From contig CAZZAM010000003.1 in assembly GCA_964652775.1 (NCBI GenBank), forward strand, positions 26,633-90,632: a stretch of DNA of 64,000 nt, read 5' to 3'. Of the stretch, positions 36,126-46,096 are shown one piece after another. Numbering within the stretch: position 1 is the stretch's first letter; every line of letters begins with the position of its first letter. Below the pieces are notes generated by a model, which was not told the DNA's origin, did no database searches, and saw only the letters and a program-made list of their open reading frames with translations. This stretch comes from an uncultured candidatus Brocadiaceae bacterium. Lineage in GTDB: Bacteria; Planctomycetota; UBA11346. Made by a program: the position numbers and the translations under genes.

Positions 36126-36563
36126 TTATTTACCCAGCGATACGGCGATCCGCTGTGCCTCTTCGTCAAGCGCTGCTGCACAATCTTCATACGCCGCTTG
36201 ATCACCACCCCAGGGGTCGACAACCCCTCCCTGAGCAGCAGCCAGCACGGAAATACGCTCCGGCGGAACGCCCTGGGATCGCATATGAGCAGCATGCCGC
36301 GAGCTCACCACATAGATGTGATCGTAATCGGCTAAGTTCAGCGAAGCGAGCGACCGACTGCGATGCCTGGTGAGGTCCAATCCACGCTGACGTAACGCCG
36401 CAATTGCACCCGCACTGGCAGGCTCACCGCCTGCCGCTGCAGTTCCGGCGCTATCAACCGTTGCCTGCCGACCCTGCTCGGCCAAGGCTTTGATCAACAG
36501 CATGCGAAACATGGGACTCCGGCACGTGTTGCCGGTACAGACACACAGAAGGCGCAGGGCCAC
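36126..36563 (-). CDS. Low-molecular-weight protein phosphatase (Tyr/Arg)
   Basis: P-loop VCTGNTCRSP, SAGT, DPWGG. Confidence 0.92.
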   Translation of the reverse strand: MALRLLCVCTGNTCRSPMFRMLLIKALAEQGRQATVDSAGTAAAGGEPASAGAIAALRQRGLDLTRHRSRSLASLNLADYDHIYVVSSRHAAHMRSQGVPPERISVLAAAQGGVVDPWGGDQAAYEDCAAALDEEAQRIAVSLGK

Positions 36564-36580
36564 GCAAAAACCTCAGTCCA

Positions 36581-37309
36581 TCACCGTGGCGGAACTGGAT
36601 GCGGAGTTCGATGGGTCTTCGCGCCGCTGTGCTTGCGCTGATAAAATAATTCTACCAAAGCGTCGGACACGCGCCGACGGTTAGGACTTGCGCTGAGACC
36701 ATGGACATAGGCTTTGGCCAGGAATTCAAGGACACCGGCATGCATAACTGCTTGCTCAACAGAAAATCCCCAGGTGTACGGAGCATGCTGATCCACAAGG
36801 ACGCCCGGAACGATGGTGGGGTCGAGAGCCAATTGGGCAAATCGCTCGACGATGGCCTTGCCGGTCGACGCTTCGTAACCAGCAGCAATTTCATCCGGGA
36901 TCAATTCCCTGGTTACCGGAATATCGCCGTGGAAATAGCAGACATGCGTGTTGCCAGCAGCCGGCAGTCCCATGCCCTGCTGCGCCATTGCGGTCGCAAA
37001 TTCGCTATGCGTATGGACGACGCCGCTGATCCGTGGCCAAGCGCGGTACAACGCCAAATGGGTTGGCGTATCAGTCGATGGGCGAACGTAACCACTGACC
37101 ACTGATCCATCCAGCAGATTGATCGCCACGATATCGTCGATGGTCATCGTATCGGTATCTACACCACTAGGTTTGATGTAGACTAGTCCACGCGCACGAT
37201 CGACAGCAGACGCATTGCCCCAGGTGAACTGCACTAGTCCCATACGGACCAGATCGCGATTCGCCTGGAGAACACGGGTCCTGATTTCTCGATCGTCTGA
37301 AGTCGCCAC
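36581..37309 (-). CDS. araD: L-ribulose-5-phosphate 4-epimerase (class II aldolase family)
   Basis: TWGNAS, YIKPSGV, PSTDTPTH, GVVHTHS, RKH. Confidence 0.88.
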   Translation of the reverse strand: MATSDDREIRTRVLQANRDLVRMGLVQFTWGNASAVDRARGLVYIKPSGVDTDTMTIDDIVAINLLDGSVVSGYVRPSTDTPTHLALYRAWPRISGVVHTHSEFATAMAQQGMGLPAAGNTHVCYFHGDIPVTRELIPDEIAAGYEASTGKAIVERFAQLALDPTIVPGVLVDQHAPYTWGFSVEQAVMHAGVLEFLAKAYVHGLSASPNRRRVSDALVELFYQRKHSGAKTHRTPHPVPPR

Positions 37310-37310
37310 G

Positions 37311-39998
37311 TTAGCCCTCCGTCAGCTTGCGCAGCCGTGCCTTCAATCCGGCCACCTCTTCCTTGAGCTTACGGAACTCTTCACGAATGGCTTGATTCTT
37401 CTCTCGTTCCTCGGCGAGTTCACGGGCGTGATGCTTGGCCTCGACCTCATCCTCCTTACGCAACTCGGCCAGTTCCGTTACCAGCTTCTGGGCGTTCGCG
37501 TTCGCATCCGAGAGTTCTGACTCGAGGGCGCGCTTTTGCGCACGTAAATCGTCCCGCTCCTGGGATACCTGCTGATGAACTTCGGCCAAATCGCTATTCT
37601 TGGACAATTGACCCGCGCGTTCGCCATGCTCGGATTCAAGCTGTTTGACCCGATCCAGCGCGGCATTCAGTTCCTGACTGAGGACCTGGACCTTAATGTC
37701 CAGTGCCTTCCCATCGATGCGCTGGTTCGACAACTGTTCGATCGTGCGATCCTTAGCGGTAATGAGATTATCACGTTCTGCCAAGCGACCGGTCAATTCC
37801 TCTCGCTGTTGGCGCGTCTTGGCCTGCATCGCTTCAAGCTCCTGGTTCAAGCGTGCGACGGCAGCGTGTTGCTCTTGGTGCTGGGTGCGTAATTCATTCA
37901 GCTCTCTCCGCAGTTCCGTGACTTGTTTGCTGAACGAGGAACTCTTGTCCTGCACCCGAGCCTGTTGGTCTTCGACTTCGGCCTTGGCCTGATTGAGCTG
38001 GGCATTCATGCGCTGCAGTTCGCCAGAGAGCCGGGTCACCTCCGCGCCACGCGCAGCTTCCGTGCTGTCCGTTCGAGTCACCAATTCTTTGTGCTCAGTG
38101 CGTAAGGATTGCAGTTCGCCAGCGAGACGAGCGCGTTCGGCTTCAACTGACTGTTTTCTCGCTGACAGCTTGATGACCATCTGATGGACATTGGCTTCAA
38201 GCTTCGTCGCTTCGGCAGGCCGATCATCCTCAAGCGCCAGCGCAATATCTGCCGCCATGGGCGCAAGCTCGCTGTCTCCCGTGCACGCCTTGACCAATTC
38301 GGTGGCGACACGCTTGACCACTTTGACGCGCGCTTCTTTCTCGGCTTTTCCTGCGTTTGCCTTGATGCCAGCGACCACGCGTCGGGTTGCTTCACCGAGG
38401 TTCTGCTCTTCAGGGGCTGCGGCGGCCGCAGACAATGCCTGATCTAGTCCAAGCAGGTCTTCACTATTCGTGGCGGTTGGTGCCGATGCGGATACCGCCA
38501 CCGACATTTCACGGATCTGCTTGGCCAATTCGCGTTCACGAACCCGACTTGCCTCCAACTGTTTTTCCAGATCCAAGGTGTAACGCTCGAGTTCCTGACC
38601 CGCTTTGCGCAAGCGGTCGGCAACCGAGGTCTGTGCGTCCTTGGTCGGACCAGTGGCGGCCTTGGTGGTCTTCGCTGCGCCTTTGACGAGGCGATCCGTC
38701 AGTTCGAGTTGCTCAATTGCTGCCGCTTGAACCTGGCTGGACGCCAGTAGTCGTTCAACGACTTCTCCGGCCGCAGTAGCACGGGCTTCTGGCTGGGCGT
38801 TCTGATCGGCCAGCGCAGGCGCGGAGGTCAGATTTCCTGCAACGGCGCGCTGCTGCAGGGTGGCGCATACGCTTTCCAATGCCGCGCGAGTCTGCTCCAG
38901 CTCTTCCTCGGTCGAGTGGCGAGCCTCATCACTCTCATCGGCCATAGATTTGAGTGCGGTAATACGCTTCTGATTGCGCGCCAAGCTTGCGGCCAATTCA
39001 CGAACCACCGTGGTTGCTCCGGCCAGTACCGCAGCGGCATCGCCCTGCGCATCGGGCAACTCAGTAAGCGTCTGTTGATTGCTTGCACCGGTTGCGGCCG
39101 CGACCTGTTCCTCAAACGCTTCGGCCTCGGCCCGTGCACCATCAAGCGCTTCGATCAGTCCTGCCACTGGCGCGGCAACGTCAACCGCACTCAGACTACC
39201 GCTCTTGAGCTGTTCGAGCATGGCCAAATCGGCTTCCAGCAACTTGGGCTTGGCTCCTTCTTCGGCTTGCTGCTTGGTGATGCCGCGCAGACGTTCGAGA
39301 TCGGTCTGCAATGTAGCGATGACCTTGGCTCCAACATCGAAGTCGTGGTAGAAGCTTTCGTCTTGGCTTGCGTCCTCGGAAACTGGATTTGTTTCCTGGT
39401 GCTGGGATCCGTAGTAGGCGTTGTCGATGCCAAGCACGCCTTCGCAGAGCGACAGCATGCGCATCATTTGACCGCGCACCGTGTTGTGCAGCTTGTCCTT
39501 CTCGGCAATCGTGGTGGACAACAGCGCCATCTTCTCGTTGAGCTGATCCTGCAGATCGTAGTTGTCCTGCTGGAGATCGAGATTGATCTGTTCGGCCTGT
39601 TCCAATTTCTCTTTGAGCGAATGCATCGCCACGTCGAGATCGGCCTGCGAGGTCGTTGATCCAGAAGCCTGGGCCTGACTGACCGCGCTCATTGCCTGCG
39701 CGAGTTCTTCCTTCAAGCGATCGCGCTCGGCCTGGGCCTCCTGTTCGCGCTTCACGCGGCGGGCCAACTCCTCTTGGGTCTTCTTGAGCAGCTCGGCCTT
39801 CTCGGCGTCGCTGAAGGCGTCTTCCTTGCCGGCCATGTGCTGATTGAGCAGCGACAGGATCCAGGTCATCAGCTGCTTCTCGCTGATGACGCGGAGCTTG
39901 CGGCTCTGACCCTTGGAGCGCAGGAGCTCGGCAGCAGTCGTCGTTTCACCGAGTTGGCTCAAGCCCTGGGCGATGTTCTGCTGCTGCTCGTCTGACAT
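37311..39998 (-). CDS. Long coiled-coil protein of unknown function (895 aa)
   Basis: E/Q/A/L/K-rich heptad-like sequence throughout; no signal peptide, TM or Walker motif. Start at ATG 39998 (MSDEQQQN). Confidence 0.85.
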   Translation of the reverse strand: MSDEQQQNIAQGLSQLGETTTAAELLRSKGQSRKLRVISEKQLMTWILSLLNQHMAGKEDAFSDAEKAELLKKTQEELARRVKREQEAQAERDRLKEELAQAMSAVSQAQASGSTTSQADLDVAMHSLKEKLEQAEQINLDLQQDNYDLQDQLNEKMALLSTTIAEKDKLHNTVRGQMMRMLSLCEGVLGIDNAYYGSQHQETNPVSEDASQDESFYHDFDVGAKVIATLQTDLERLRGITKQQAEEGAKPKLLEADLAMLEQLKSGSLSAVDVAAPVAGLIEALDGARAEAEAFEEQVAAATGASNQQTLTELPDAQGDAAAVLAGATTVVRELAASLARNQKRITALKSMADESDEARHSTEEELEQTRAALESVCATLQQRAVAGNLTSAPALADQNAQPEARATAAGEVVERLLASSQVQAAAIEQLELTDRLVKGAAKTTKAATGPTKDAQTSVADRLRKAGQELERYTLDLEKQLEASRVRERELAKQIREMSVAVSASAPTATNSEDLLGLDQALSAAAAAPEEQNLGEATRRVVAGIKANAGKAEKEARVKVVKRVATELVKACTGDSELAPMAADIALALEDDRPAEATKLEANVHQMVIKLSARKQSVEAERARLAGELQSLRTEHKELVTRTDSTEAARGAEVTRLSGELQRMNAQLNQAKAEVEDQQARVQDKSSSFSKQVTELRRELNELRTQHQEQHAAVARLNQELEAMQAKTRQQREELTGRLAERDNLITAKDRTIEQLSNQRIDGKALDIKVQVLSQELNAALDRVKQLESEHGERAGQLSKNSDLAEVHQQVSQERDDLRAQKRALESELSDANANAQKLVTELAELRKEDEVEAKHHARELAEEREKNQAIREEFRKLKEEVAGLKARLRKLTEG

Positions 39999-40101
39999 GG
40001 CTGGCGCTCCGTTGCGGTCAGCCCTCAATGTGTCCTCTGGGGGCACTCCGGACACCGGAAGCCGCACGGCATGACCCCGTCGTGAGTGATCCACCAAAAA
40101 C

Positions 40102-40134
40102 GCAGCAACCCCTGGACTAACCAGGGGTTGCTGC
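40102..40134 (-). terminator. Intrinsic terminator after the peroxiredoxin gene
   Basis: Perfect 14-bp stem gcagcaacccctgg/ccaggggttgctgc, 5-nt loop, T-run on the minus strand. Confidence 0.85.
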
Positions 40135-40161
40135 ACTTCGCTCAGTGAAAAAAGCGCGTCT

Positions 40162-40749
40162 TCAGTTGGCTTTGGTGAAGTACGACTTCGAGCCCTTCGG
40201 ATCGGGCTTCATGGTCGGCTTGCCTTCACTCCAGTTGGCGGGGCACACTTCGCCATTCTTCTCGACGAACTGGAACGCCTTGATGACGCGCACAGCTTCG
40301 TCAATGTTGCGTCCGACCGGCAGGTCGTGGATGTGAGCAGCGCGAACGACGCCCTTGGGGTCGATGATGAACGTGCCGCGCAGCGCGACGCCAGCCTCTT
40401 CGATCAGCACGCCGTAATCGCGAGCGATCGATTTGTTGAGGTCAGCAACCAGCGGGTACTTGAGATCACCGAGTCCACCCTCTTTGCGCGGTGTGTTGCG
40501 CCAAGCGAGGTGGGTGAATTGGCTGTCAACCGACACACCGAGGACCTGCGCGCCGACCGCCTTGAAGTCAGCGATTTTGTCGCTGAAGGCGATGATTTCG
40601 GTCGGGCAGACGAAGGTGAAGTCGAGGGGATAGAAGAACAGGACGACCCACTTGCCCTTGTAGTCGGACAGCTTGATCTCTTTGATCTCGCCGGTCTCGA
40701 GGACAGCTTGGGCTTTGAAGTCGGGGGCCTGCTTTTGGATCAGGGACAT
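40162..40749 (-). CDS. ahpC: Typical 2-Cys peroxiredoxin (AhpC/Prx1)
   Basis: [26 protein letters not shown]. Confidence 0.95.
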   Translation of the reverse strand: MSLIQKQAPDFKAQAVLETGEIKEIKLSDYKGKWVVLFFYPLDFTFVCPTEIIAFSDKIADFKAVGAQVLGVSVDSQFTHLAWRNTPRKEGGLGDLKYPLVADLNKSIARDYGVLIEEAGVALRGTFIIDPKGVVRAAHIHDLPVGRNIDEAVRVIKAFQFVEKNGEVCPANWSEGKPTMKPDPKGSKSYFTKAN

Positions 40750-40917
40750 GGAATGCTCCGGAAAGGTTGTTGTGGCGTTGGCCGTTGGTTCGGGGCGCTA
40801 CTTCGCCGTCAAAATCTCGGCAGTCAAGGACTTGGCGGTTGAGGATCCACGCCCCCTGCATTTTGCATCGGGTCTATACATTCCGAGCAACTGACGTTCT
40901 GGAATGGGGTTGCGCCG

Positions 40918-42417
40918 CTAGACCGTCACCGATCGATAACCACCGCGACGGCGGAACCACAGCGCCAGGGCCAGATAGGCAGCAAACATGATCGCAGGCA
41001 GGACAGCAACCAGTCGCAAAGCCTCTTGCTTGGCCTGAGCGGTGGCGAGAAAAACCGTGACAGAATCAGCAATGCTGCTCGCAGCAAGACGTTGATCGTC
41101 AACCGCTCGATACCTGCCAAGTAACCCATTGTGCTCAACCATGACCGCCTGATGCACCTGTGGTGCGCATTCACTAAGAATTCGATCAACACCGCGATCC
41201 TGGATATTACCAAGCAACATCGCCCCGAGGATGCCGACGCCGAGCATGCCCATGCCGCCAGTCGCATTCAGCGTCAACGCACCGCCGCGTGGACATTGTT
41301 CAGAAACGACTCCCAACATCGTTGGCCAGAAGAAACTTTTGCCCACTGCGTAAATTGTTGCCGCAGCAAACACCCACACTGGCCCCGACGCGTAGCTCAG
41401 GGCAACCAAACCACATACCGCCAATACCGAGCACGCAGCCAGCGTGCCCAGTGGCGACATGCGATGGACAATCGGACCAGCACAGAACCGCAACACCATC
41501 ATCACCGAAGCTGTGTAGATGAGCACCCAGATTCCATTGCCGCCGAGAATGGGTTTCATCAAGTCGGCCACCCAGCTATCGATGCCGAGTTCGGTTGTCG
41601 CCAACGGAACCATGAGCAGCAAGAGCATGATAAAGAGCGGGCGGCCAAGTGATCTGACTGCGGCATACATCACCACCGCAACGACGGCAGCAATCGCAGC
41701 GCCGCTCATAACTGCGTGTTCATGGAGTGCGGATGACATGGGAACCAATGTGCGAATCAGTTCTGCCGCCATCATCCACACGATCAGAAACGCGCCCAGT
41801 GCACCGACTTCGGCCAGCATGTCACGATACGGGACGCCAGCGGCAACACGCTCGTTGATCGGGAATTCCTGGAAGATCAGGATCACGACATAGATCAGTG
41901 CCGGAGCTAGCAGAAGCAGCATGCGGGTTTGCCAGGCGACCTGCGGGCCTAACCCAACCGCCAACAACCCAGCGATAACCATGCCCGCTGGCCAGCCGGC
42001 ATGGAGGACATTCAGCATGCGTGATTTGTCGGTGCGAAACTGCGTGGCAACGACTGGATTGATGTAGGCCTCGACCGTGCCGTTACCCAAGGCGACGATG
42101 AAGTTCGCCCAATACAGGCCGTCGTATCCCGTCGCATTGATGGTCAGCAACAGCGAGGTGATGTGGCAGACAAAACCAAAGACCATCGCCGTCTTGTATC
42201 CGATGCGGTCAATGAACAGGCTGAACACGATGATGCTGATTGCGAACGGCCACAACCCGACGCCAAACAATTCGCCCTTTTGCGTCTGGGTCAGATGGAA
42301 TTCCTGCGCCCACGTGTCCATGAGCAAAGCGCGCAGGATGAATCCAAACGAGGTTGTCACGAGGGCGATCCAACAGCCCCAGAACAGGAGCCGTGGCGAG
42401 GCGGGTAGCAAACGCAT
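40918..42417 (-). CDS. MFS transporter
   Basis: About 12 hydrophobic segments; DRIGYK loop motif; GNGTVEAYINPVVA; WPTMLGVVSE. Confidence 0.88.
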   Translation of the reverse strand: MRLLPASPRLLFWGCWIALVTTSFGFILRALLMDTWAQEFHLTQTQKGELFGVGLWPFAISIIVFSLFIDRIGYKTAMVFGFVCHITSLLLTINATGYDGLYWANFIVALGNGTVEAYINPVVATQFRTDKSRMLNVLHAGWPAGMVIAGLLAVGLGPQVAWQTRMLLLLAPALIYVVILIFQEFPINERVAAGVPYRDMLAEVGALGAFLIVWMMAAELIRTLVPMSSALHEHAVMSGAAIAAVVAVVMYAAVRSLGRPLFIMLLLLMVPLATTELGIDSWVADLMKPILGGNGIWVLIYTASVMMVLRFCAGPIVHRMSPLGTLAACSVLAVCGLVALSYASGPVWVFAAATIYAVGKSFFWPTMLGVVSEQCPRGGALTLNATGGMGMLGVGILGAMLLGNIQDRGVDRILSECAPQVHQAVMVEHNGLLGRYRAVDDQRLAASSIADSVTVFLATAQAKQEALRLVAVLPAIMFAAYLALALWFRRRGGYRSVTV

Positions 42418-42546
42418 GGCGTAAAGCCTCTGATCCGTCCCAGCATTCGTCAATGCTGAGTCTGCAGCCAGGCCGGCTCAAAGCTGTATGCCGCGTGCAC
42501 AGCCCTGATGGTTGCCGTCGCCACATCTTCGCCAGCATGCCCAACT

Positions 42547-43206
42547 ATGCGTTGCCTGATTGTGTTGTTAGGGATTGCTGCGGCTGGCGCAGCTGATGTG
42601 GAAGGCGAACTACGCGCCGCCCATGCAGCTCGGGTAACACTCGAAGCTGAAGAACGCGCCTGGGCTGCCGAACGTGAGCGACTGCAAACCGCTATTGCCA
42701 GCCTGAACAACCAGGCAACCGCCGATCGCCACCAGGCTGAGCAGCTGCGCACGCAGGCGGCAACAGCCCTCATCGACGCGAACGCGCAGCGGAGAAACGA
42801 ACGCGCCAGCTCCGTTCAAGCAGCGATCAAGCGCACAACCGAAACCCTCGATGCATTGCGCGTCCGTGGTTTGCCTGGCGCCATTGCCACGCCGGTTGGG
42901 TCATCACCAACCGCTACCCTTGATGCGGCAGAGCAAACCGTCCGCGCTCATCAAACAGTTACGACCAGTGTTGAAGCGGTCACGCTTGGCGATGGACCGC
43001 GTGCCGTACGCATGGTCCGGGTCGGCCTTTTCACCGGTTGGTGGATGTATCTCGATGGAACCGCGGCTGGCACCATGGCCATGACGAACGGCAAGCTTAG
43101 CTGCACAGCTGCCCAAGAACCAGCTGCCTCCGACATCCGTTCCGCATGTGCCCAACTAGACGGAAAAGAACCCGCGCGTTGGTTACTGGTGCCGTATGCT
43201 CCTTAA
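42547..43206 (+). CDS. DUF3450/TtpB-like secreted coiled-coil protein
   Basis: Signal peptide, coiled coil, VRMVRVGLFTGWW; first gene of the TonB cluster. Confidence 0.7.
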   Translation: MRCLIVLLGIAAAGAADVEGELRAAHAARVTLEAEERAWAAERERLQTAIASLNNQATADRHQAEQLRTQAATALIDANAQRRNERASSVQAAIKRTTETLDALRVRGLPGAIATPVGSSPTATLDAAEQTVRAHQTVTTSVEAVTLGDGPRAVRMVRVGLFTGWWMYLDGTAAGTMAMTNGKLSCTAAQEPAASDIRSACAQLDGKEPARWLLVPYAP

Positions 43207-44575
43207 AATCATCTGCATTCATCCAAGAGGGCCAACGGCCCGGCTTATCCCAGCCCAGGGCAACGCCCTGGGTACGGATTCGATTTCTGGTGAGCCCTGT
43301 AGGGGCGACCCAATGAATCGCCCCTACAGGGCTCATGTGTACGCATCTCATGCCCCAGGGCGTTGCCCTGGGCTGGGATGGTTCGGGCCGTTGGCCCTTC
43401 CGAATTGCTATCGTGTGCTAGTTCTGTTGGCGTGCGTCCTGAGTGCTTGTTGGTGTGCTGATCTTGCTGAACAAGCCACTCAGGTTCGCCAAGAAGCAGA
43501 ATCCCAATTACAGCAACGTCGCACCGCCATCCTTGCCGAGCGCACCGCTTTGTCTGCACAGCTGCAACAAACTGCTACCGACGCAGCAAGCGCACGAGCC
43601 GAGCGTGTCGCCGCTGAGGAAGCGCTGGCAAAGGTCGTCCAGGCCGAGCCACAACGCAAAGCCGACCACGCTCGTCAAGACGCCGAACTGGATCACCTGG
43701 AACAACGCATCCGTGATCTCCAGCCACAATTGGCGCACCTCAATGCCGCGGCAACGAGCGACTCGCCGGTCACTGATCGCCACGGTCTGCAACGTACCGT
43801 TCCTGTGCTCGAACTTGGCCCTCGGCGCGTCGCATTAGGTCCCGACGAGGCTAGTCGCGGGGCCGTGCTTGATGGTCGCGTGGTCGGCCGACCGCTGCCT
43901 CCGTTTGCACCTGGTGTGATTCCGCTCGACGTGTCTGGGAGATTAGCAAACCAACAACCAACCCACACTGGATTGGCCGGTTGGCTGGCAGCTGGACGCC
44001 TGTTCATCTGGCCAATTCTTGCCGTTGGTGCGATTGGCCTCTGGTTGACGGTGTGGCGACTGCGCTCGCTACTTGGCCAGCGTCCCAATCGCACGGCAGC
44101 GTCAGATGTGGTTCAGCTTATCCGTGAATCACGTCTCGACGAAGCTCGTGCCCGCTGCGCCGCAATCAGCGGTAATCTTGCAGCGATTCTGCGCTGCGGC
44201 ATCGACCGCATCCATGATCCACGGCAAGCTCGCGAAGCCGCCATCGACGCTGAACTGATCGCCGCTGAATCGCGACTCACGCGTGGCATCGGCATGCTGG
44301 TACTGCTTGCGAGCATCGCACCGCTCCTTGGCCTGCTTGGCACGGTCACTGGCATGATTGATCTCTTCGGCGTCATCGCGACTCAGGGTGCCGGCCAAGC
44401 ACGCGGCCTGTCTGGCGGCATTAGCGAAGCCCTGATCACCACCCAAGCGGGCATGCTCGTCGCGGTCCCCCTCCTCGTTGCCCACGCTGTTTTGGTCCGC
44501 TTGAGCGAACGCCAGCGCTTGGTCCTCGAAGAAACCAGTGCCGCGATCCTCGCCGTGGAAAGCACGTCGCCATGA
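43196..44575 (+). CDS. MotA/TolQ/ExbB-family protein with large periplasmic region (TtpC-like)
   Basis: IAPLLGLLGTVTGMIDLF, GGISEALITTQAGMLVAVP. Start overlaps the end of the upstream gene; the N-terminus contains a REP-derived insert. Confidence 0.88.
   Translation: MLLKIICIHPRGPTARLIPAQGNALGTDSISGEPCRGDPMNRPYRAHVYASHAPGRCPGLGWFGPLALPNCYRVLVLLACVLSACWCADLAEQATQVRQEAESQLQQRRTAILAERTALSAQLQQTATDAASARAERVAAEEALAKVVQAEPQRKADHARQDAELDHLEQRIRDLQPQLAHLNAAATSDSPVTDRHGLQRTVPVLELGPRRVALGPDEASRGAVLDGRVVGRPLPPFAPGVIPLDVSGRLANQQPTHTGLAGWLAAGRLFIWPILAVGAIGLWLTVWRLRSLLGQRPNRTAASDVVQLIRESRLDEARARCAAISGNLAAILRCGIDRIHDPRQAREAAIDAELIAAESRLTRGIGMLVLLASIAPLLGLLGTVTGMIDLFGVIATQGAGQARGLSGGISEALITTQAGMLVAVPLLVAHAVLVRLSERQRLVLEETSAAILAVESTSP
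43228..43398. repeat. Nested REP-like palindrome (CCCAGGGCGTTGCCCTGGG and GTAGGGGCG types) inside a CDS
   Basis: Outer arms 43228-43272 and 43354-43398; inner arms tgagccctgtaggggcga (43291-43308) and tcgcccctacagggctca (43318-43335). Confidence 0.9.
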
Positions 44576-45030
44576 CCTGGTGGCATGCCGGCGGTGTCTT
44601 GATGCCGGTGATCCTACTCGTCGGGATGCTGCTCTACATCGTGTTGGCCGAACGCGCACTGGCGCTCTACCGACGGAGATCACACATCTTGGCGCACGTT
44701 GATGGCGAATCGATCCGCGCCATTGCAACCGACACAACCGTTGAGTTGACGCGCGGCCTGTGGTTGGCACGCGTGCTGTGTGCGGTGCTGCCGTTACTCG
44801 GCCTCATCGGCACCGTCATGGGCATAAGCGGATCATTCGCATCGCTGGCGAACGAGCCGAGCGGATTCCAGCAAGCAGGCGCAGGCGTTTCAACCGCGCT
44901 GATCAGCACGCAGTACGCATTGGCTCTCGCTGTTCCCGGCCTGATTCTGGAAGCATGGTTACGCGCCAGCGTGCGTCGCCATGCCGATGGCATCGCCATC
45001 GCCGTCGCGCGATCGCGGAGTCTCGCATGA
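44572..45030 (+). CDS. exbB: ExbB-family proton channel subunit
   Basis: LPLLGLIGTVMGISGSF, GVSTALISTQYAL; ATGA overlap. Confidence 0.85.
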   Translation: MTWWHAGGVLMPVILLVGMLLYIVLAERALALYRRRSHILAHVDGESIRAIATDTTVELTRGLWLARVLCAVLPLLGLIGTVMGISGSFASLANEPSGFQQAGAGVSTALISTQYALALAVPGLILEAWLRASVRRHADGIAIAVARSRSLA

Positions 45031-45437
45031 GACGCTGGCAACGTGGACGAACGGCGACGGGCGAGATCGTGCTGAATGTCATTCCGTTGATCGACGTGGT
45101 GTTTTTCCTGCTCGTCTTCTATGTGATGGCCTCGTCGTTTTTGCGCGAAGAAACCGTGCCGATTGATCGTCCAGCTAGCGCAGCGGCTCAGCCAGCGGAG
45201 GCAGGATTCGTCAGCGTCGCCGTTGCGCGTGATGGCAGCGTACACTGCGGAGGCCCAACCACGCTCGCTGCTCTGCCGGCCGCGATGCGCAGTGAACTAC
45301 AACGGCAGGCAACCAACCGCTGTGTTGTGATAGCTGACGGAACTGTTTCCGTGCAATCTATTCTGCAGGTCATGGACGCATGTCGTGCTGGCGGCGCTAC
45401 GTCGGTCGACATTGCGGCAACCGGAACGACACCATGA
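45027..45437 (+). CDS. exbD: ExbD/TolR family protein
   Basis: LNVIPLIDVVFFLLVFYVMASSF, VIAD..V....QVMD.CR.GGA. Start at the ATGA overlap, 45027. Confidence 0.9.
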   Translation: MRRWQRGRTATGEIVLNVIPLIDVVFFLLVFYVMASSFLREETVPIDRPASAAAQPAEAGFVSVAVARDGSVHCGGPTTLAALPAAMRSELQRQATNRCVVIADGTVSVQSILQVMDACRAGGATSVDIAATGTTP

Positions 45438-46096
45438 CCAGTGCTGTCATGCTTGCACCGCGTCCGTGGTTGAGCGCTCTGGCAATTGCTGGCATCGTGA
45501 ATGTTATCATTGCTGGGTTGCTGTCATGGACCTCGGCCACACCGGTTTCGTCATCGGCACCAACGTTACACGCACTGCATGTTTTGGCGCAGCAACCGCC
45601 ACCACCAGTCGTACTTAAACCAGCGAGTCCACGGACCGCGCTCGCTCATCCACGGCAACAACAAACGCTGCCAGTACCACCGTTACTTGCGCTACCACTT
45701 GCAGTCAGCACGGATCAGCGTTTACCGCCACCACCAACAGACGCGTGGCTCAATCAACTTGCGCCACCTACTGCGGCTGGCGCCGGAACGGTGGGGTTGT
45801 CACTGGGCGAAGGACTCGACGAACAACCACGACCACTGGACGCTATTGATCTCCAGCGTTTTTATCCGCAGCGCGCTCGACGCGGACGAATGCATGCTAC
45901 CGTGCGCCTTGAACTCACCATCGACCAGAATGGCAATGTCCTCCACGCCAACGTGCTCGACAACGACGGCATTCCGGAATTTGCTGATGCCAGCGTTCGT
46001 GCCGCGTTATCCATGCACTGGACCCCGCCAACCCGTGGCGGAAAGGCCGTGACTGGTCGGTTTGTCACCGCGATCAAATGGCAGATGCCGCCATGA
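45434..46096 (+). CDS. tonB: Energy transducer TonB
   Basis: N-terminal TM, Pro-rich linker, FYPQRARRGRMHATVRLELTIDQNGNV...PPTRGGKAV. Confidence 0.85.
   Translation: MTSAVMLAPRPWLSALAIAGIVNVIIAGLLSWTSATPVSSSAPTLHALHVLAQQPPPPVVLKPASPRTALAHPRQQQTLPVPPLLALPLAVSTDQRLPPPPTDAWLNQLAPPTAAGAGTVGLSLGEGLDEQPRPLDAIDLQRFYPQRARRGRMHATVRLELTIDQNGNVLHANVLDNDGIPEFADASVRAALSMHWTPPTRGGKAVTGRFVTAIKWQMPP

Noticed and set aside
37311-39998. SMC/SbcC annotation for the coiled-coil protein
   Set aside because: No Walker A/B, signature motif or recognisable hinge.
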